Origin: Nemertoderma westbladi
Taxonomy: Eukaryota; Animalia; Xenacoelomorpha
Length of the DNA stretch: 64,000 bases
Assembly: GCA_032718475.1 (NCBI GenBank)
Contig: JAUCBJ010007551.1
Span: 29,010-93,009, forward strand
Reading direction: 5' to 3'
Shown here: positions 62,031 to 64,000 of the stretch, piece after piece
Layout of the letters: each line of letters begins with the position of its first letter
Position numbering within the stretch: the first letter of the stretch is position 1
Program-made: the position numbers and the translations under genes
Notes under the pieces: generated by a model
Databases searched by the model: none
What the model saw: only the letters and a program-made list of their open reading frames with translations
Told to the model about the DNA's origin: nothing

Positions 62031-62204
62031 ACTGCCGCCAGCTGATCACTGATTGCATGCAACGTCTAGGTCTTGTTTTTTTTTAGGTTTTTACATGCTT
62101 TGGCACTGCCATACCTACCGGTAAGGTTTTTACTTAACGTGCTTGATTAATAAATAGAATACAATTATATCTTTATTATTGGATTTTCAAGCTTCTACTT
62201 CAAT

Positions 62205-64000
62205 TGTTTAGAAATATGTGATTGTTAATTAATTTGTAAGTTGCAACTAAATCAAATTTGATTCTACGTAATTCTAATACTACTAGGATCGGCATGCTGC
62301 ATTGCAGCTGCATTTTTAAGAATGCTGTGCCGGCTTATCGACAAAATTGCACCGCCACAACTCCCTTATCACCCATGACACCCAGAGTCAGTAATGTTGG
62401 TTAATTACGTTTCTTAAATACAGGCAGCCAAATAGTCGGCAATGAGTGCGCTACAAAAGAAACATTAAAAATAATAGACAGAGGCACTGCTAAATCACTT
62501 GATAGTTTATGAAAAAGAACACATGGTAAACCGTCAGGTGTGCTACTAGATTTGGATTTCAGTTTACCCAACATGGCCAAAACAGCCGCGGGATTTAAAT
62601 TTACTGATGTTAGAGAAGCACCATTAAGATGTGAAATATCGCCTAGAATTAACATATCTAAAGAGTGAGTTATGATTACCAGAAATAAGAATCTTACTTT
62701 CGGCATGACAAGCAGCTCTGTGAGCCGCTTTGGAGGCCAACTTAGCACAACGTTTGTACTCTTTAAGACCTCTAACGGAGTGTCTGCGCTGTAATCATTG
62801 ACGGTGACACAAGAAAAAAATAGGCTATTAAAGTCAAAACTACTTCAATAATTGGAAAAACCAACATAGTCGGCTTCTTTAAAATCAAGATAAAAATCTG
62901 AACTGGGTGGATCCATAACATTTTGATAAACAAAGCTAAAATAAACCGAACCGCACAGCCGGTTTACACAGTTACATAATTGAGAATCCTTTTCAGGGGA
63001 GGAAGAATCACACGTGGATGGCGGTCTATAGACACAAACAATTCGGACCGGTGCGTCACCTATAATGTCGACTGCAACCACCTCCACGTCATTAAAGTTA
63101 GTGCTATCGGTTTGAATAGGTCTAGCTGACAATCCCTTCCTAACTACGATTGCCGTACCGCCACCCTTAGATTTGCGGTCACATCTAAAAATATTAAAAT
63201 CGCGACTAGTGCTCTTATTAAAAAGCAACCTGGATGCCGAAATAACGGAATCTGTAAATTGTTCCGAGAGCCAGGTTCCAGTTATGCATATAATACTAGC
63301 ATTTGTGTTAGCGATAAAAAATTACAAATCGGCGAGTTTATTGCCGAGAGAACGAGCATTAAAAGAAACACAATTTAAAAGGGTCTTCGATGAAACTGGC
63401 TGATTATCTCCCCATAATAGTTTTTCGAGTTGATTCGAGAAGGTCTCGAGGATTTAGGAGCATCCTTAGTGTAGTCGATGTTGTTAGCAGTAGTTGGTAT
63501 AGAAGCAAGTAAGCAAGATTATAATTACGACACGGGATAGGAGGGCCGGGGTATGAGCCGGTAAGCCGGGGCTCGCGTATTTGTTAGAGAGAGCATCCAT
63601 TTGTTGTATACACCTGGTCCATTTGAGATTTGTCATTTCCTTCTCCAGTTCCGACCAGCTGTTTATATATACTGATTTCTTCAGGGTCAGGTTTATTTTC
63701 ACATAAGGGCAATTCCACGGTGTCGGACGTAACGGGCATTCTCGATTTTTGAATGTTTTTCTTTAAATTTACGAAAATACTTGAATTTTTGACATCAGAT
63801 TGCGTTGAATAATGAGACAATTTATTAATCTTTCAGAATATCGCAAATACTCTGCATTGGGAAACGTTATTCTTCTTAAACAGTTGACTTTTAAAAAGGT
63901 ATCGGACGTTACAAAAATAGGACATTTTTTATTGTACATATTTTACTTTTGATTGCAATCAATGCCGAAGACTGGTATGTTATTAATTTTGGGCTCAAAA
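62205..64000 (-). mobile_element. Decayed CR1/L2-type LINE: ORF1 remnant, APE endonuclease and RT fragments
   Basis: FNARSLGNK, IICITGTWL, IFRCDRKSKGGGTAIVV and CVYRPPS (APE); KSSSTPDGLPCVLFHKLSSDLAVPLSIIFNVSF...PVFKK (pre-RT); LELRRIKFDL (C-terminal). Stops, frameshifts and large deletions throughout. Confidence 0.85.

Larger units (their letters stand above)
59407..62204. mobile_element. Penelope-like element: 5'-truncated copy (minus) plus inverted partial copy (plus), inserted in the LINE
   Basis: Inverted duplication of about 59410-59995 at about 61635-62175; 13-bp TSD TGTTTAGAAATAT at 59394-59406 and 62205-62217; RT-thumb motif WYRKPTDTGLVLN...P.SYK and a GIY-YIG domain. Confidence 0.9.

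Overview
AT-rich eukaryotic (animal-like) genomic DNA in which roughly half of the window is tandem repeat (10 large arrays, units of 12-60 bp). Two host genes are recognisable: the 3' exon of a PP1 glycogen-targeting subunit (PPP1R3 family: RVxF motif plus CBM21) and an intronless, divergent CHMP4/Snf7 (ESCRT-III) gene. The centrepiece is a young 11.7-kb BEL/Pao LTR retrotransposon (28240-39925, minus strand, 1233-bp near-identical LTRs, CTGCC target-site duplication). It keeps one open Gag-protease ORF, has lost RT, most of RNase H and the integrase core in frame, and carries a decayed zinc-knuckle accessory ORF. It has no tRNA primer-binding site; instead the 11 nt abutting the 5' LTR are perfectly complementary to a site inside the LTR, the geometry of Tf1-type self-priming. 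Other mobile DNA: a PIF/Harbinger-type MITE, an RTE-type 3' end, a truncated CRE-type (RLE) LINE, a SWIM-finger DNA-transposon remnant, and an inverted Penelope-like element nested in a CR1/L2-type LINE. Several minisatellites can be traced to single seeds inside recognisable coding motifs, flanked by short direct repeats. All calls were made by eye; array boundaries are approximate.
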